DNA of 64,000 bases from Amphiscolops sp. MND2022 (taxonomy: Eukaryota), in the NCBI GenBank assembly GCA_964187785.1, contig OZ076409.1, forward strand, positions 53,942,001-54,006,000, read 5' to 3'. The notes below the pieces were generated by a model that saw nothing but the letters and a program-made list of their open reading frames with translations, did no database searches and had not been told where the DNA came from. A program made the position numbers and the translations under genes. Below, piece after piece: positions 11,584 to 23,450 of the stretch (its first letter is position 1; each line of letters opens with the position of its first letter).

Positions 11584-14477
11584 TTCCGTGGAAAGGCTCG
11601 CAATGGTATTTAATATTGTCTGGAAATCTGATTCAAGAGTTAACTATTGTTTTCACCATACGGTCAGTTGGTGCGTTCAGAAGTTTGTGGAAACTAACTG
11701 GTACGAATTCAACCCTATCGTCCATTTAGGGTTAAGTCGGGACCGACCTATGCCTTTCCCGGCTTGTTTCTGTTTCTCTAAAGTTTATGCCGCACGCGAC
11801 ATTGGTCATAAGTATTCCAAAGAAAACACCGTCCAGAACTTTTTCACAAACAGAAGTATAAACAAAAATCACACTATTGTATGTGGCAGATGCGTTTTCC
11901 ATTTGCGTTTCATTTGCGTTCCATTTGCTAGCTTTTCAGATGTCACTTATTTATTGGCGGTGAAGAAAGTGAGTAGAAATCTGTCGAAATTCCTCGTGGG
12001 ACGAAATCTGTTTGGGACGAAATACCATGGAAAATGCTTGTCAATGAAAGAAATCAAATCACTGTTTAGTGAAAGCTCGTTGCGCCATTTGTTGCGAATT
12101 CTTTAACTTGTGAGTTAAGTACACTTTGTGTTGATTTACTGGGGGTCTTATTAATTTTAACTTTGCTCCTAATTGCTCATAAAAGTGTTCAACTTCTTCA
12201 TTAAACCATAATAATTAGTATTTACAAATTGATTCCACTTTTATTGCCAAATTAGGACACTTATAATCTGGAAGCATTGCAAACGAGCAGGGTGGTAATC
12301 ACCTTGTTAGTACTTTGTGGTTATCACGTCGATTATTAATAAACATCTTTAATGAGTAAAAGTTACTCAAATTTGTATTTCTCACTGTGTCTTGCTGTTA
12401 AAATTTCAAAACCAAATTTACTTTCAAGAAAAACCATTGCACCCAGCGTTGCGACAAACAATATAAATTTGTATATTAAGTTATCCAGCAAATTGTTACT
12501 TACTCCCAAAAAAGACTTCATAAAGGTTCATAATATGGACGCCTTAAGCGTCTAAATTTACAAAGATCGAAATTGCGAGCTTTTCTGCCTGATTGCTGAA
12601 GAGGTTTCAATTGCCTTTCAATATTAATAGCCCAATTCAAGTTTGACGCCTAACTAGAAGTAGCACTCTGTGCTACAGCTGTTGAAGATTCACTCAAATT
12701 ATGCAGCTGTTCAGTTGATTGTTTAATTACTAAAAGAATTTACAATTATTCCTCCGTGAATTAATTGCATGCTGGTAGTGCAAAAAGAGTTGTACATGCA
12801 TGTATTGCCAATTTATGGATCAATTTTATCATGGAGAAAACTTTCATCACAGTTCAGCCTCACAGGTAAAACAATTTTTGTAATAAACAGTTTTTCAAGA
12901 AACTTTTCAAATGAATTCTACCTCACCGTATTTATATATTAAGAAGCCCTCCTTTCTACTCGCGTATTTCCATCACAAACATTTATTAAAGTACTCGTGA
13001 ATGTGTGGACGGATTTAAGGAATTACTGCAAAAGGCTAAATGAAAGAGCATCGAAAGAGCTTCGGGTCTTTTCCCAAATTTTCATTAACCAATCCACACA
13101 TTTTTTGAGTCACACACGGTCGTACACTTTGCTATACTTTATTCTCATATATATTTGTGTTATTCTCATATTTACACATGTAATCACATAAGAATCTTAT
13201 ACAGAAATGAAATTATAATAAAAGCACGTGGGATTGTTTTTTCAGCACCTACCGAGGGGGGGGGTTGGGGGATTGGGAGCTAGTTAATGGAAAAGATCCG
13301 TTTTTTCAGAAAATATCAATTCCAAAATAATAGATAACTAGACTTGAAGTCCATACTAATACGTGCCTGTATACTTATCTAGATCTGAGTCTTTTTGAGC
13401 AAAGTCTGATACCTCTCAGATAGAATTATCACATGATCTGTACATTTTCAAGATAGCGACTACATCATTCTCAAGTGATCAATTTCAAGCTGAGGCTTTT
13501 CAACGTCTGATTTCAAGTTGTTGGAGCCAAAATCGAGCTGAGTTTTTTACTTCATTAAATTTCGCCAACCGTCGATTTTCCGGTTTAATTGTTTTTTTCT
13601 TCAATTTTGTATTCTCTCTGCTGTAGTTGATATTACACAATGATCGTGACATGAAACAAAATCAATAAATTTTGGCTCAACTTGTATTTCTTATACAATG
13701 TTACAATGTAAAATACTCGCGCTGCCAAATTAGCGTTAAATTATAAAATGCAAAAAAAAAACGATTTTAGACAGCATTCAATGTGTCTCGGTGCTCTACT
13801 ATAGTCTAATTTTCGTATTCTACGTGTGTGAGCACTTCAAAGTCACAATTCGATCATACTACTCAAAATAAGAAAATTGTTAGCCAGTATAGTTTTTATT
13901 TGCAGCTGATTTTTTCGAACGTAACTTTCACACGAAGTGTTTATCATCATGTATGCATATATGTTGAAAAGGAAGATTCGATGACGCAATCAATTGTTAC
14001 GTAATCGAGCGAGTTTCGCACTCAGCAAAAGTGTCAAATTTTTATCAGTGATTATCCCCGAATTAAATTTCACACGCCAGATTGTGCCAAAATTTCGCGT
14101 CCTCTTTTATTCACAAGTACAAGGAATACAGTAAGTCAGTGCTATAAAATTATAGTCATTACACGCAGGTGGATAAAATTATCTAACATTTCACGTGATT
14201 TATCCAGCGATTTGTCCCAGTTAAAGTATGCGGGAGTTGTTTAATACATTATGTTGCGTTTATAATGCATTTTAGTTATAATTACGGGGATAATATTTAT
14301 CCACTGTGAAAGGCCCGACAAAAATATGGGGATTTCAGCCATGGTTAATTGATTAAAGCTACACCGCCTCATAATTATGAAATACTTTTATCAGGAGTAT
14401 TTTCAATAACTTGAGATAACTTCAGTTGTTTTGTTTAAAGAAGTTATAACGAATCGAGGAAACGAAACTTGAAACAT

Positions 14478-17400
14478 ATGGGGGACGAAAGTGCCAATGC
14501 TTATGCACCCAGCATGACGTCACAAAATGAATCTCAAGCAAGTCGACAGACGCGGGAAACTTTGGGCAGCTCTTCGACTACAAGCGGGTATGTCAAACGT
14601 CGCAAGAAAAAACCGAATTTCAGCCAGCTTCAAACTATCCAGATAGAACGTGCACCGGAAGGCTTTGGCTTTTTAATAGCCGGAAACTCACCCTGTTATT
14701 TGAGCCAGGTGTTTCCGGGAACGCCAGCAGAAAAAGCGGGCCTTATGGCCGGGCAGTATATCATGACAATCAACGGTGAAAACGCTTCCACTTGGAGAGT
14801 TGACAAAGTTGTGGAATACATCGTGAACTCGGGAAACAGACTTTTATTGAATGTCGCGATGGATGACGATGATGTTTCGGCTGAAGAAGACCAAGTCCGG
14901 TCAAAACCCCCGAAACCGACGCCACTGCAGAGGGGGGCACATAACATGAGATACGGACCTGGTAACACCCCACGTAGTGTTCCCAGTTCTTGGACTAACA
15001 TTGCAAACTTTGAGATTCCGATCAATGAAAGGTTAAGCAGTAAAGTTTTTGGGTCCTATGCTTCATCTGATGCGCTGGGCTCTTGTAACTCAGATCCTTC
15101 AAATCGGGGTTCCTCCCTCTCTTCAAGTAACGATCAGTACCCGACCCCTGTGACGTCGGCGAGTTCAGGACTCAAAGAAGAATCGGGAAGTGTCTCTTCT
15201 TTGGACTGTCAAAGAGCTTCTTCCTGCTCTTCTGCATCCACAGCAAAAACCAAGTCATCTCAGGCAGAATCGACAAATCTTCATCATCCTCAAAGAATGT
15301 CAATTATGTCCGTAAGTGGCAAACTTTCTTCGGACAACGAGTGGCTCAATTCCCAGGCTTCCAGCAAGTCCTCGTTGCGTCATCTGAACAACAGCAGTGA
15401 TATTTTTTCAGCAGCTGCTTCGGGCAATTTTTATTCAGTCGTAGGCTACGTCAGATCTATCGACATACCTTCGCAGACAAAAGATCAAATTTCAATAATG
15501 ACTGCGTTGCTTAACTCAGTCAAAAAACACGACAGAAAAATAAACTTTGTTTTACTTTTGGAAGTTTCCGACACTGGCATTCGGCTGATTAACTCAAAAA
15601 AATCGACAGTTACTTCCATCAGTTTTACCTCCATTATATCCTGTATTTCTCTTGGTGATGAAAAGCAGTTTTTTGGGATCTTAGCTCGAAGGCCAAACGA
15701 AGGTGAAGGACCTAGTGGACCAGTCAGTTGCATGGTTTTGGCAATAGATCCCCAGATTGCCCATCACGAAGTACATGTGAAGGCAGCCAAGAAATTTACC
15801 CTTGCATGTACTCGAGTAACAAGTACTCTGTGTAAAGAATTTCCAGTAGAATGTGGTGCAATCATTGCCAAAATCCAGAGCAAACTTCCCAATGTTGGAA
15901 CAGGAGCTTTTGACGTCATCTGTTCACGGAGCTCTGTCAGTAACAGCGATAGTGGAATCGCCATGTGCAAAGATAAGCTCTGCAAAGTTTGCGTACACCA
16001 CTTGAATGCTGCTAAAGTACCGCATCACGCTGTGAGTATTAGAGATACCAACGTCCCTTCTTTGTCCAGCAATATCAACAACTGGTTCGAGAACCGCAAC
16101 CCCAGACCTCTCAGTGAAATGAACCCAGCCAGATACAATGACGTCATTGAAGCCACTTCATCACAGCATGCTGATGGGCGGTATGCCCAAAGACATTCAG
16201 AACATCGCCCATCTTCGGTATATCAGCCGACCACCGTTAGTCATATTAACCAAGACCCTTATTCCCAAAACTTTAACGGACCCCCATCTTTACCAGTGAA
16301 TCCCCCCTCGACTTCCATAAAATCGCCACCACCGGACCCGTCAGAAAGAGTGCGTCCTACAAGCAGGTTGAACCAAATTAACAGCTGGGCTGCTAACTTT
16401 GACAATCTTTTGAACGACCCGAAAGGAGTTGCAATTTTTACTGAGTTTCTTAAAAAAGAATTTGCAGAAGAAAACATAATTTTTTACCAACTTTGCCAAG
16501 ATTTTAAGGCACTTTTTGATTATCATGAAATGAAAGAACTGGCTTTGAAGATTTATCAACAGCACCTGGCTTCAAATTGCCCGCATCCAGTTAATTTAGA
16601 CAGCCAAGTTCTTCAGAGTGTTTATGAAAAACTGGAAAGTAATCTCATCAGCAGGGACATTTTCGATGAAGCAGTTCTACAAATTTACAAACTTATGAAA
16701 TTTGATCCTTATTCGCGGTTCCTGAAGTCTGAAGTTTATTCTGATTGCGTCAAAAACTCAGTTTGTAGTCCAAGTAAGGCAGATCCAGGAATGAAAGACG
16801 AAAAACGCGCCAACTTCAGTGTCGGGTCCAGTGAGGCAACGAGTGATGACTCGAATTGTCAAGCCGAGGGCAAGAAAGGTGCGTTCATTAAGAAGTCACT
16901 TTTACCATGGAAGAAGAAAACCAAGCCGAGAAACGACAGTACTGACTCTTCTGTGAAATCTTTGGAGAAGACTCGAGGTCTTTCGCAATCATCAGACTCC
17001 TTGCTTCTCTCAATACCCAGTCAAAGCAGTATTGAAGCGTCTAGTCAGTGCAAGGTCTACCTACCGAATGGATGTCATGTTATTGTAGAATGCGATCATT
17101 CCAAAACAGTTAGTTCGACTGTCATGACCCTTTGCATGGAATACAATCTCAACCTACGATGCTTGGATGTTGTAGACTCAGAACACCGTGCGATCCCACT
17201 GGGCGAAACTTTGCGCAAGTTTGCAGGAGGCGAAATTTATTTAGAACGGCGGGTTTACTTCAGATTGCAACTACCAACAACGCAAACAATCGGGGTTAAA
17301 TCAAAACCAAACATTTCCATAAAAGACGTGTTTCAACCTCTTTTGGTGAAATATCGGCTATCTTTAAATAACTTAATCATAAGGTTAGCAGACTCAACAA

Positions 17401-18644
17401 CCCCATTGAACCTTCAACTAGCTGTGGCTGTTTTGGATTCAAAACGTGTCATTGCAGACACCATTGAGCAGTATAACGAGCATACCCTGGGCAAGGAAAA
17501 CGCCCACACTCAATCAGTGCCCCTAACTCAGGTGAAACAAGAGCCTCAAATTTCTGCGAGCCTCGCGACTCGAAGACCTCGGAGACCCGAGCCTACCAGG
17601 CACGAATATAAACCTGCAGCTTTGTCGAGACCTTCGAACGAGGAACATCAAATTGTTTCCAGCAGACATGAAACCGATGGCGTGAATCACAGATACGAAA
17701 CAAGCGACACGACCTCCAACCAAACTGACCTCAATTCAGAACAAGGCCAATTTATCGGACTTATTGCTAAAGTGCAGGGAGACCGTTTAGATAACCAACG
17801 AGGAATAATGAGCGTATCTAAACTGGAAATGCCTACATTTTTAGAACCCAATGTGCCACGTGTACATAACCACTCAACCCCTGAAAAATGGCATGATTGT
17901 TGTTTTTCATCATCGTGCACCCATTTGAATTACGATGACGCCCACCAATGGCAAAGCACTTTGATATACCCACCTCATAATAGCAAAAACAGGCACCAAG
18001 ATGGCAGACCCCCTACAGGGCGGCACCGGAAAGTTGTTTACCCAAACGGGAACCCTGGAAGGCACCCTACCACATACGGTACTGCGTCTCAATTTCCCTC
18101 TTTATCCAGCTCAAAACATCTCTCAAGAGAAATAACCCCAATTCCTGGAAACAGTGATCAGTACTACAACATATCACCGGATGCTTCCAGTTTCGATATA
18201 TATCCTTCTGAACTCCCATCACCATCAACTACAGGGGTTTACCCTCTGACCGCGCCCCCTTCACCTTCAAACCTTGCTCCTATGTCCAGCGATGGCGAAT
18301 TTCCCAGCTACCATTCTTATGAACAAACACCTGCGGGTCCCGTAAGAAAACCGAGTCCATCACCCATGATGATGAAATCGAACAGCGCCGAATGGTATCA
18401 CAGTCCAATCTCTGGAGGAAGTTTAGACGGGATCCAGAGAAGCAATTTTGGGTCTCACAACCAGACCAGAGCCCATGGAAGTACCTTGTCATCAGCCTCC
18501 AAACCGGATACCAACCTGCATTACCCCTCTGCTGCCAGTAGCCAGTCAGTGACATCCATGAACGCCGATATCCGGACTTGTTTCAATGAAGAGCCGGATG
18601 AAGTTCCTGAAGAAATCGGCCATGTTCAAGTCTACCAAGTGTGA
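14478..18644 (+). CDS. RGS12: RGS12/loco-like regulator of G-protein signalling, single exon (~1388 aa)
   Basis: Domain order PDZ (EGFGFLIAG..PAEKAGL), PTB-like (VVGYVRSID..LEVSDTGIRL), RGS (SWAANFDNLLNDPKG..EFAEENIIF..MKFDPYSRFLKS), two Ras-binding domains (CKVYLPNG; FRLQLPT) and GoLoco (FIGLIAKVQGDRLDNQRG). First ATG is at 14478. Confidence 0.93.
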   Translation: MGDESANAYAPSMTSQNESQASRQTRETLGSSSTTSGYVKRRKKKPNFSQLQTIQIERAPEGFGFLIAGNSPCYLSQVFPGTPAEKAGLMAGQYIMTINGENASTWRVDKVVEYIVNSGNRLLLNVAMDDDDVSAEEDQVRSKPPKPTPLQRGAHNMRYGPGNTPRSVPSSWTNIANFEIPINERLSSKVFGSYASSDALGSCNSDPSNRGSSLSSSNDQYPTPVTSASSGLKEESGSVSSLDCQRASSCSSASTAKTKSSQAESTNLHHPQRMSIMSVSGKLSSDNEWLNSQASSKSSLRHLNNSSDIFSAAASGNFYSVVGYVRSIDIPSQTKDQISIMTALLNSVKKHDRKINFVLLLEVSDTGIRLINSKKSTVTSISFTSIISCISLGDEKQFFGILARRPNEGEGPSGPVSCMVLAIDPQIAHHEVHVKAAKKFTLACTRVTSTLCKEFPVECGAIIAKIQSKLPNVGTGAFDVICSRSSVSNSDSGIAMCKDKLCKVCVHHLNAAKVPHHAVSIRDTNVPSLSSNINNWFENRNPRPLSEMNPARYNDVIEATSSQHADGRYAQRHSEHRPSSVYQPTTVSHINQDPYSQNFNGPPSLPVNPPSTSIKSPPPDPSERVRPTSRLNQINSWAANFDNLLNDPKGVAIFTEFLKKEFAEENIIFYQLCQDFKALFDYHEMKELALKIYQQHLASNCPHPVNLDSQVLQSVYEKLESNLISRDIFDEAVLQIYKLMKFDPYSRFLKSEVYSDCVKNSVCSPSKADPGMKDEKRANFSVGSSEATSDDSNCQAEGKKGAFIKKSLLPWKKKTKPRNDSTDSSVKSLEKTRGLSQSSDSLLLSIPSQSSIEASSQCKVYLPNGCHVIVECDHSKTVSSTVMTLCMEYNLNLRCLDVVDSEHRAIPLGETLRKFAGGEIYLERRVYFRLQLPTTQTIGVKSKPNISIKDVFQPLLVKYRLSLNNLIIRLADSTTPLNLQLAVAVLDSKRVIADTIEQYNEHTLGKENAHTQSVPLTQVKQEPQISASLATRRPRRPEPTRHEYKPAALSRPSNEEHQIVSSRHETDGVNHRYETSDTTSNQTDLNSEQGQFIGLIAKVQGDRLDNQRGIMSVSKLEMPTFLEPNVPRVHNHSTPEKWHDCCFSSSCTHLNYDDAHQWQSTLIYPPHNSKNRHQDGRPPTGRHRKVVYPNGNPGRHPTTYGTASQFPSLSSSKHLSREITPIPGNSDQYYNISPDASSFDIYPSELPSPSTTGVYPLTAPPSPSNLAPMSSDGEFPSYHSYEQTPAGPVRKPSPSPMMMKSNSAEWYHSPISGGSLDGIQRSNFGSHNQTRAHGSTLSSASKPDTNLHYPSAASSQSVTSMNADIRTCFNEEPDEVPEEIGHVQVYQV

Positions 18645-19666
18645 CAGTGTGAGCAACTCTTAAAGTACATCTACAATTTGCTCTTTTCATTTCATTCGTT
18701 TCACGCAAAAATCCATGCTCAAAATTATCCTAATTTATGCTCCGTAGAAAACTGAGAAGTAAAATGTCAGGGAAAATGATTTCGAAGCATTTTTTGTAAT
18801 AATTCAGAAAAGTGTGCTTGCGGATAACAAAGCTGAAACGAAAAAGTTGAGTCATAAAATTATCACCTGAACAAAATTGCAGAATTAGAAATTTTAAATG
18901 CAAATCAGTGCAGTAATGATTGGTTATTACAAATTCTTGTTTATTCTATTTTTCCTTGTTCATTATAGATTTTGCACTATCATGCTGTGTATTTTTCAAA
19001 ATCAAACAATAGATTAATGTTGCTTCTTTATAAGCTCGGTGCAATTCATTTTGGTTTCATTCTTCTGTTTGACAAACTAAGTCTTTAGGCAATGCTCAAC
19101 GGAAGACTATGGAAAGATGAATCGATTGGTTATAATCTTCCTGTCTAGTAAAATTGACCATCTGAACCTTTATGATTTCTGAAATTACCACGGTTAAGTT
19201 TATTTCATGAATGTTTAAAAAAACTGAATAAACCTGTGCTGAATCACTTGTCGAACCCTCAGCTTGTGCTTGACAAAACGTATTGAGAAGACAAGAAACT
19301 TCATCCCTCAGAATGTTTAAACGCGTTTCTGAGCTTACTTCTGGCAGGCATGGTTTGACACTGCATTTCTTTGTGAAAACCTTTTCCACCAAAGGGTCCT
19401 TTTCTTTTTTCAAGACCAAAAGGTCCCCTCTAAGTAATGTTTGCCACAGATTTTTTTGCTTTTTTACGAACTGCCCCCGAGCATGTTTGAAAGATTTGGA
19501 TCTTTGAGCCTTTAGCCAGTGTCAAACCATGCCCAGAAGTAAAACTTACCCAAAACAAGAAGCTCACACACACACACAACTTGATGCTAGCGAACAGTCA
19601 GCTCTAATTCTTATTGTTACGTCATTGGATTACCACACTTGAAATATTGAAACTGCGCTGTAAGAA

Positions 19667-20566
19667 ATGCATACTACTGAGAATGCAAAAGAAATACTTT
19701 CAACTGTTCAAGAAACATTGGACTCCAAAACTGTTGCCTTATTTGAAAACCTTATCAACGCGATTCAAGAACAGTCTTCCGTCATAACAAAACTCCACAA
19801 TCGAGTTCTTTTTCTGGAAAATAAAGTCAATGAACTAGAAAGATATTCGTCAAAAGATTGCCTAATTATTAACAATTTACCATTATTGAATGGAGATTAC
19901 ACAAAAGATGTCCTGGCTCTTTTCAACGATGTACTTGGAGTGGAGGTGACGGCCTATGACCTCAAAGCAGTTCATCCACTGGGTGTCGTGAGTAAAAACA
20001 AACCTTGTACTGTGATTACAAAGTTCGTATATTTTGATATTAAAAACCGAATTTGGGGAAGGAAAAAGTTTTTGAAAAACTACGTGAATCCTGCAAATAA
20101 ACGACCAGTATTTCTCAATGAAAGGCTGACACAACGCGATTTGGAACTGAAAGATTATGCGAAAGGTCTAGGCATGTATACAACAACATTCAATTCTGCA
20201 CCTCAAGTTTTGGTTCCCAACGCCAACGGTGGATATCAAAGACATACTTTAGTTGATTTCAAAGATGCAGATGATATTTTCCAAAAGAAAAAACCTTTGT
20301 TATTTAAACAACAAATGACTGGACGAAATCCTTCAATGTTTAACATGGACAACAAAGATGCCAATTTGAAGTTGCAGAACAACAAAGATAAAAGACAGCG
20401 TGAGCAGACACCAAGGACCGCTGAGACAATGAACATTGCTGAAAAATTGAAACAACTTATGGATGACAGGGATGGTCTGGTCAATTTCATAGAATCCTTG
20501 CAAAAAGATTCGCCAGTACCCAAAATGATGAATAACAAGGAAACTGAAGGCATGGAAACTAACTAA
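19667..20566 (+). CDS. LINE ORF1 (coiled coil plus RRM-like domain)
   Basis: Heptad-rich N-terminus, then ELERYSSKDCLIINNLP ... VITKFV ... VFLNERLT, typical of LINE ORF1; lies directly upstream of ORF2. Confidence 0.85.
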   Translation: MHTTENAKEILSTVQETLDSKTVALFENLINAIQEQSSVITKLHNRVLFLENKVNELERYSSKDCLIINNLPLLNGDYTKDVLALFNDVLGVEVTAYDLKAVHPLGVVSKNKPCTVITKFVYFDIKNRIWGRKKFLKNYVNPANKRPVFLNERLTQRDLELKDYAKGLGMYTTTFNSAPQVLVPNANGGYQRHTLVDFKDADDIFQKKKPLLFKQQMTGRNPSMFNMDNKDANLKLQNNKDKRQREQTPRTAETMNIAEKLKQLMDDRDGLVNFIESLQKDSPVPKMMNNKETEGMETN

Positions 20567-20576
20567 GTGTGATCTA

Positions 20577-23450
20577 ATGACGTACATTATCATTGACTAC
20601 AGACTCATGTTAAACGATACTGAAAACCAATCCTTGGTACCCTTCGAAAATGAAAGCAAAACGATTTTAGGAATGAACATTAGATCTTTAAGCAAACATC
20701 TAAACGAACTTGAGATCCTTCTACAAACATTGGAACATAAACCAGAAATAATTGCAATAACTGAATCTTGGATGACAGAAAGCGATGACATGGAAGACTT
20801 TAACATAACAGGTTATCAACCACTTGAATCAACGCCACGGAAAAATGCCAAACGACGATCAGGCGGAGTAGCTCTTTATGCAAAAAATGGAATAGAGTAT
20901 GAGCAAATTCAAGTAGACACAAAGATTGAGTGCTGTGTTTTCGAATTTAAGATAGGAGTTCAAACTATTAATCTTTGTATTTTGTATCGAAACGAGAAAT
21001 TTTACCTGACGCAATTTTTTCCCCAATTGGAGCAACTACTTCACCAATTGAAAATGTTGAAAAATGAAACTATTATTTTTGGCGATTTCAACATCGATAC
21101 ACAAAAAAACGATAATGATAAAAAAAACTACGAGTCATTATTAGCTGCATATGATTTCAAACTCAGAAATTTTGAACCCACTAGAGTGACCGCAAAAACC
21201 GAAAGTTGTCTCGATCATTTCATTTCACTTAATGAGTTTGCAACCGATACGATCAAAACGACTATCAGTGATCATTATTCAGTTATTCTGAAACTACCTG
21301 AAAGTAAAAATGTTGAAAGTAAAAAAACAATGAAAGCAAGAAACATGAAAAAACTGAAAGGTGAAAATGCTTTGAACTTTCTATTCGTTTTGTATCAAAA
21401 ATTGAAAACAATTTCACAAAATAACGCTGCAGATATACAATTTCATGAGATATCAAGAATAATAATGGAATGTGTGGATAGATTTGCTCCTGAAAGGGAA
21501 CTCAATTCGCACTACGATCAAAACGATTGGATAACAAACAAAATTAAGAATGCAATTGTAAAACGTGATGAACTCTTCCAAAAGTGGATAAAAAGTCCGA
21601 CGACGGATAGCGAACGAGCTTACAAAACATTCAGAAACAAAGTTACATCGTTGATAAGATCTGAAAAAAAGAATGCCAATATCAAAAAATTAGGTCCAAC
21701 TCCAACGTCTAAAATGATTTATAAAAGTCTTAAAACTTTCAAACAACAGCAACAAAAACCGCGGAAAATGCCTGATTTGGATAATCTGAATATTCATTTT
21801 GCTTCTGTCGGAACGCTTCTGTCATCCAAGTTGCAATCCATTCCATTCAATTATGAGTCACGAAAGATCCTAAATTCAATGGTTATACACCCTACTGACC
21901 ATTTAGAAGTTTCAAAAATAATCAAGCAGTTAAAAAATAAGAAAAGTACTGGCCATGACGGCATCAGTAATGAAATACTCAAATGTTGTTCACCTGTAGT
22001 AGATTCTTTTTTAGCAGACGCCATCAATAAAGCTATTAATGAACATGTATTCCCTGAAACATTGAAAGTTGCAAAAGTCATTCCGCTATACAAGAAGGGG
22101 GATTATGAAAAACCTGAAAATTATCGACCGATTAGTTTGCTGAGCTCAATCAGTAAAGTTTTTGAGAAATTACTTTATAAAAGGATTTTGAAGTTTTGTA
22201 AAAAACATAAATTGATAAGTTCTGATCAATATGGATTTCGTTCAAGTAGATCATGTGTCGATGCAATATCTACGGTAACGGAATATATTAGGGAAGCCAT
22301 TGAAAAGAAACATACTGGACATGCCTGCTTCATAGATTTACAGAAAGCATTTGATACCCTTGACCATAGCATTCTTTTGAAAAAGCTAAATTTTTTAGGT
22401 TTTCGTGGACCCGTCAATGATCTTCTGAAATCTTACTTGGAAAATCGAACACAATATGTTTATCATGATGAAAAAGTAACCAAAATGCAAACACTACTAA
22501 CTGGCGTACCACAAGGTTCTGTGCTGGGTCCTTTGCTTTTTCTTATCTATATCAATGACCTCAGTGAAGGTATACACAGTAGCAAACTTGCATTGTTTGC
22601 GGATGATACCAGTGTAATAAAAGCGGGTAACAGAAATGATATTTCAATTGAAGAAGATATAAACTCACTGACTAACTGGTTTACAAAAAATAAATTATCG
22701 GTTAATTTGGATAAATGTGAAGTTGTTCCGTTTGGATCAGGAAAGCCACTTGAAATAACAATGATGTCCAAAAAGATACCGTTTAATAAATCATGCAGGT
22801 ACTTAGGTGTGCATATAGATAGTCGATTACGATTTCATGAACATATTAATCGTGTTGTGAAAAAATTAAATAAATTTTGTGGACTTATTTATAGAATTCG
22901 ACATTACTACAACAAAAAATGCTTGCTAATGTTTTACAATAGCTTTGCAAAATCTGTTATTTGTTATGGACTTTTGATATATGGAACATCAGCAAAAAGC
23001 AACCTCAGAAAAATAGAAATGGCCCAACGTAGAATTTTGAGAGGCATTTTTTTCAAAAAAAAGTATGATTCCATAAGCAACATACTACGTCGGAATGGAG
23101 TATTAACAGTTTTTGAACTGTACATTGTTGAAGTAATGAAGGAATTGTTCCGACAACTACAATCAAAATCACCTAATTTGCTCCTCTCAAACATTGAAGC
23201 TACCACGAATGACAAAATAGAAAGAAGATCTAAGCAAAAAAATCCTTTACCGCTCACCTGGAGTAGGACGATAGTGAAACAAAAATGTCTTACCAATGTT
23301 TTGATAAAATGTCATAAATGGCTTAAACAATTCAATCTTTTACCCGAAGACCTTGCGACAATGAGTAAAACTCAAACTATGAAATTAACACAGAAAATTA
23401 GTTCGTTATATGTTGTTGATAATGAGCAACTTGTGACATTATTCTTTTAG
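20577..23450 (+). CDS. LINE ORF2: AP endonuclease plus reverse transcriptase
   Basis: APE motifs NIRSL, ITESW, GDFNID, LDHF, SDHY; RT motifs NYRPISLL, QYGFR, DLQKAFD, GVPQGSVLGP, FADDT, YLGV. Confidence 0.96.
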   Translation: MTYIIIDYRLMLNDTENQSLVPFENESKTILGMNIRSLSKHLNELEILLQTLEHKPEIIAITESWMTESDDMEDFNITGYQPLESTPRKNAKRRSGGVALYAKNGIEYEQIQVDTKIECCVFEFKIGVQTINLCILYRNEKFYLTQFFPQLEQLLHQLKMLKNETIIFGDFNIDTQKNDNDKKNYESLLAAYDFKLRNFEPTRVTAKTESCLDHFISLNEFATDTIKTTISDHYSVILKLPESKNVESKKTMKARNMKKLKGENALNFLFVLYQKLKTISQNNAADIQFHEISRIIMECVDRFAPERELNSHYDQNDWITNKIKNAIVKRDELFQKWIKSPTTDSERAYKTFRNKVTSLIRSEKKNANIKKLGPTPTSKMIYKSLKTFKQQQQKPRKMPDLDNLNIHFASVGTLLSSKLQSIPFNYESRKILNSMVIHPTDHLEVSKIIKQLKNKKSTGHDGISNEILKCCSPVVDSFLADAINKAINEHVFPETLKVAKVIPLYKKGDYEKPENYRPISLLSSISKVFEKLLYKRILKFCKKHKLISSDQYGFRSSRSCVDAISTVTEYIREAIEKKHTGHACFIDLQKAFDTLDHSILLKKLNFLGFRGPVNDLLKSYLENRTQYVYHDEKVTKMQTLLTGVPQGSVLGPLLFLIYINDLSEGIHSSKLALFADDTSVIKAGNRNDISIEEDINSLTNWFTKNKLSVNLDKCEVVPFGSGKPLEITMMSKKIPFNKSCRYLGVHIDSRLRFHEHINRVVKKLNKFCGLIYRIRHYYNKKCLLMFYNSFAKSVICYGLLIYGTSAKSNLRKIEMAQRRILRGIFFKKKYDSISNILRRNGVLTVFELYIVEVMKELFRQLQSKSPNLLLSNIEATTNDKIERRSKQKNPLPLTWSRTIVKQKCLTNVLIKCHKWLKQFNLLPEDLATMSKTQTMKLTQKISSLYVVDNEQLVTLFF

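Noticed and set aside
11555..12106. 183 aa ORF
   Set aside because: Starts at GTG within a MITE terminus, with no domain or splice support.
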